Shown here: piece after piece, positions 29,647 to 32,000 of the stretch
Layout of the letters: each line of letters opens with the position of its first letter
Position numbering within the stretch: the stretch's first letter is position 1
Source: Singulisphaera sp. GP187
Lineage (GTDB): Bacteria > Planctomycetota > Planctomycetia > Isosphaerales > Isosphaeraceae
DNA: 32,000 nucleotides
Assembly: GCF_900129635.1 (NCBI RefSeq)
Contig: NZ_FSRB01000002.1
Span: 244,727 to 276,726, forward strand
Direction of reading: 5' to 3'
The notes under the pieces: model-generated
What the model was told of the DNA's origin: nothing
The model's input: only the letters and a program-made list of their open reading frames with translations
The model's database searches: none
Made by a program: the position numbers and the translations under genes

Positions 29647-30885
29647 ATGAGACCCGCCGTGAATCGCAGAGAGTTCCTCGGCAGCGTCGGCGGGGGCTTG
29701 GCGGCCGTCGCCGCGGGATCGTCGGCCGCCGCGGAGCCTGCCGACGCCGCAGGCAGGCCGATCCGGTTCGGCCTGATCGGGTGCGGTAACCGGGGCCCGC
29801 ACGACGCCGCAGGGCTGATCACCCAGGCCGGGGGGCAGCTCGTCGCGCTCGCCGACCTCTTCGAGGACAAGGTCACGAAGATCAGGCCGACCCTCGACGG
29901 CGTCCTCAAGGCGAAGGGGCTGCCCCCGGTCGCGGCCGACCGGCTCTACCACGGCCCACAGTCCGCGCTCCGGCTAGCGGAGAGCGACCTCGACGCCGTC
30001 CTGATCGCGATCACCCCTTACTACTACCCGGCCGTGCTCGAGATGATCGCCGGGACCGGCCGGCACATTTACTGCGAGAAGCCGGTCGCCGTCGACGTCC
30101 CGGGTTGCTTGCGGGTGATCGACCTGGCGAAGCGGTTCGAGGGCAAGATCGTCTTCCACGTCGGGATGCAAGTTCCCTGGGCTTCGGCCATGCAGGAGAT
30201 GGCCAGGCGGATCCACGCGGGGGCGATCGGCGAGATCGTGACCGCGCAGTCGTTCTTCTACTTCAGCGGCGGCGGGCTCGTGGCCCCGCCCAACGTCGGC
30301 CCCGACGAGGCCCGGATCAGACGCTGGACGGGTGACCGCGTGCTCTCCGGCGACATCATTGTCGAGCAGAACGTGCACGGCATCGACAAGATCAACTGGA
30401 TCCTCAAGGGGCACCCGATCGCGGCGTTCGCCAAGGGCGGACGCAAGGCACGGACCGACTTCGGCGACGTCTGGGATCACTACGTCGGCGCCTTGACCTA
30501 CCCCAACGACGTCGTGGTCAACTTCCAGTCGACCCAGTTCCCCCCCAGCCTCGGCGACGCGGGCGAGCGGTTCTTCGGGACCCGCGGAGTCTCCGAATCG
30601 CACTACAGCGGCGGGGTCAAAATCTTCGGCGCGTCCCCGTGGGACTCCGGGGCCAATGAGATCATCACCGACGCCGAGGCCAACAAGTACAAGGCATTCA
30701 TTGAGGACATCCGCACGGGGAACCTCCGCAACGAGGCCTTCCGGGGCGCGGAGAGCGCACTGAGCGCGATCCTGGTGCGCACGGCTGCCTACCAAGGGCG
30801 TGAAGTCACCTGGGACGCAATGCTCAAATCGGGCGAGGCGTTGAATGCCGGGTTCGACCTGAAGCAGTTCGAGACCCGCTCATGA
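29647..30885 (+). CDS. Tat-exported Gfo/Idh/MocA-family oxidoreductase
   Basis: ATG 29647 gives MRPAVNRREFLGSVGGGLAAVAAGSSAAA (twin-arginine signal), then IRFGLIGCGNRG (Rossmann fold) and YCEKPVAV. The track start GTG 29614 is an alternative. Confidence 0.9.
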   Translation: MRPAVNRREFLGSVGGGLAAVAAGSSAAAEPADAAGRPIRFGLIGCGNRGPHDAAGLITQAGGQLVALADLFEDKVTKIRPTLDGVLKAKGLPPVAADRLYHGPQSALRLAESDLDAVLIAITPYYYPAVLEMIAGTGRHIYCEKPVAVDVPGCLRVIDLAKRFEGKIVFHVGMQVPWASAMQEMARRIHAGAIGEIVTAQSFFYFSGGGLVAPPNVGPDEARIRRWTGDRVLSGDIIVEQNVHGIDKINWILKGHPIAAFAKGGRKARTDFGDVWDHYVGALTYPNDVVVNFQSTQFPPSLGDAGERFFGTRGVSESHYSGGVKIFGASPWDSGANEIITDAEANKYKAFIEDIRTGNLRNEAFRGAESALSAILVRTAAYQGREVTWDAMLKSGEALNAGFDLKQFETRS

Positions 30886-31703
30886 CAATGTCTCTCACGG
30901 GAAAAGTCGCGATCGTCACCGGCGCAGGCAGTCATCGCGGTATTGGCCGGGCGATCGCGCTCGGCCTGGCGCGCGAGGGCGCCGACGTGGCGGTCACGGA
31001 ATGGGCCGGCGAGGGGGTCGCCGACGAGATCGAAGGGCTCGGCCGGCGATCCTTGGCCGCCGCCATCGACGTCGCCGACGCGCCGGCCGTTCGCCAGTTC
31101 GTCGACGCCGTCGCCCGCAAGTTCGGGCACATCGATATCCTGGTCAACAACGCCGGGTTCTGCGAGTTCGTCCCGTTCCTCGACCTGACCGAGGAGCTCT
31201 GGGATCGGACCCTGGCGGTGAACCTGAAGGGGTTCTTCCTGTTCGGCCAATGCGTCGCCCAGCAGATGGTCCGCCAAGGACTCGGCGGTAAGATCTTGAA
31301 CATCTCCTCACAGGCTGCTGAGGTGGCGGGCGAGGAGAAGGTTCACTATTGCGTCTCCAAGGCCGGCGTCAAAATGCTCACCCAGGGGATGGCCCTGGAA
31401 CTCGCGCGGCACCGGATCCAGGTCAACGCCATTGCCCCGGGCACTATCGACACCGAGATCGTCCGCCAACCCCACATCCAGGCCCTGGTCGAACGCGAGC
31501 GTCAACACTCCACCATCCCGCTCGGCCGCATGGGAACCGCCGCGGACCTCGTCGGCGCCGCCCTCTTCCTCTGCTCGCCCGCGTCGGATTACGTCACCGG
31601 CGCCACCCTGCTCGTCGACGGCGGCATCCTCAGCGGCTCCCTCCTTCCCGAAGAATTCCGCTCCGCCAACTTCCCCCAAAAAAATGATGGTGGCCTCCCC
31701 TAA
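30882..31703 (+). CDS. short-chain dehydrogenase/reductase (FabG-like SDR)
   Basis: GKVAIVTGAGSHRGIGRAIA (TGxxxGxG), NNAGF and S...YCVSKAG (catalytic Y-x3-K). The ATG overlaps the upstream TGA as ATGA (30882-30885). Confidence 0.92.
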   Translation: MTMSLTGKVAIVTGAGSHRGIGRAIALGLAREGADVAVTEWAGEGVADEIEGLGRRSLAAAIDVADAPAVRQFVDAVARKFGHIDILVNNAGFCEFVPFLDLTEELWDRTLAVNLKGFFLFGQCVAQQMVRQGLGGKILNISSQAAEVAGEEKVHYCVSKAGVKMLTQGMALELARHRIQVNAIAPGTIDTEIVRQPHIQALVERERQHSTIPLGRMGTAADLVGAALFLCSPASDYVTGATLLVDGGILSGSLLPEEFRSANFPQKNDGGLP

Positions 31704-31726
31704 CCCAGAGCAAGCCCCCTCCCTTT

Positions 31727-31739
31727 CCCCCCCCCCCCC
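31727..31739. repeat. 13-nt poly-C homopolymer inside a polypyrimidine stretch
   Basis: Counted directly: C at 31727-31739, embedded in GCCCCCTCCCTTT(C)13 (31714-31739). Intergenic, 24 nt after the SDR stop and 96 nt before the ABC ATG. Confidence 0.95.
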
Positions 31740-31792
31740 GCCGGGGCCATTCATCACGGTTCCGATAGCCTGGCTCGACGAGCTCTGTTATC

Positions 31793-31810
31793 GTCGATGC
31801 AAGCATCGAC
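31793..31810. promoter_or_regulatory. inverted repeat flanked by 11-nt direct repeats (candidate operator)
   Basis: GTCGATGC-AA-GCATCGAC (8-bp arms). It is flanked by CGAGCTCTGTT at 31779-31789 and again at 31823-31833. The second copy abuts the ATG at 31835. Confidence 0.3.
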
Positions 31811-31834
31811 AAACAACCTTGGCGAGCTCTGTTT

Positions 31835-32000
31835 ATGACCTTGGCGATCGAGACGCATCAGTTATCCCGATTCTTCAATAACTCCTGTGCCGTCAACGGT
31901 ATCGAATTATCCGTCGAACGCGGAACTTTTTACGGGTTTCTCGGGCCCAACGGCGCGGGAAAATCGACAACCATCAAGATGTTGACGGGCTTGCTCGCCC
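31835..32000 (+). CDS. ABC transporter ATP-binding protein (5' part, runs off the window)
   Basis: MTLAIETHQLSRFFNNSCAVNGIELSVERGTFYGFLGPNGAGKSTTIKMLTGLLA carries Walker A GPNGAGKST at the usual distance from the N-terminus. Absent from the track because it is open-ended. Confidence 0.85.
   Translation, partial: MTLAIETHQLSRFFNNSCAVNGIELSVERGTFYGFLGPNGAGKSTTIKMLTGLLA

Noticed and set aside
1-32000. Search by eye for tRNA, rRNA, CRISPR arrays, large direct or inverted DNA repeats and defence-type genes (nucleases, AAA+/STAND ATPases, toxin-antitoxin pairs)
   Set aside because: None was recognised. There are no GTTCGAATC-type T-loops in intergenic DNA, no regularly spaced repeats and no such protein motifs. 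A visual scan cannot exclude small ncRNAs. tRNAscan-SE, Infernal/Rfam and a self dot-plot would be decisive.

Overview
High-GC bacterial chromosomal window. It is almost certainly Planctomycetota: it has a DUF1559/H-X9-DG pilin-like protein, an Arg-rich N-terminus with an SLDERCLLS-type motif, and ThuA plus Gfo/Idh/MocA sugar-oxidation genes. I support about 29 coding regions, two of them cut by the window edges. I saw no rRNA, tRNA or CRISPR array.

Gene order:
(1) A pilin-like DUF1559 gene, then a polyprenyl-phosphate-sugar glycosylation trio (two GT-C membrane glycosyltransferases and a GtrB/ArnC-like GT2).
(2) An IclR-controlled enolase-superfamily dehydratase plus amidohydrolase-2 lactonase pair. 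This is ordinary sugar-acid catabolism.
(3) A visibly lower-GC minus-strand block. It encodes a PadR regulator, a membrane protein that fuses a ClpC-type N-domain to a DUF1700/HAAS-like PadR-partner module, a possible small exported peptide, and a hypothetical protein.
(4) A tightly coupled cluster: GMC flavoenzyme, PSD-type pyruvoyl decarboxylase, Rossmann-TM-VAO flavoprotein, tandem-duplicated class-III aminotransferase and an Mpo1/DUF962 membrane protein. It faces a convergent LpxH-like pyrophosphatase plus SAM methyltransferase pair.
(5) An operon of three exported metalloproteins: a PAP2/vanadium-haloperoxidase-like plus TIGR03118 propeller fusion, an amicyanin-like cupredoxin lipoprotein and a Tat metallophosphoesterase. 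It is divergent from an ECF sigma/anti-sigma pair.
(6) A relic of an IS3-family transposase.
(7) A periplasm-directed sugar oxidation module: Gfo/Idh/MocA x2, a ThuA-TIM-barrel fusion and an SDR.
(8) A poly-C and repeat-rich leader in front of an ABC transporter ATPase.

The best candidates for undescribed biology are the lipid/amine-modification cluster (10.9-19.6 kb) and the PadR / Clp-N-HAAS membrane sensor pair (8.5-10.2 kb). All family calls come from reading motifs by eye. No database search was run.

Four gene junctions are ATGA stop/start overlaps (3020, 12460, 18720, 30882), which indicates translational coupling. The many long Arg/Pro/Gly-rich ORFs in the track are antisense shadows typical of high-GC DNA.
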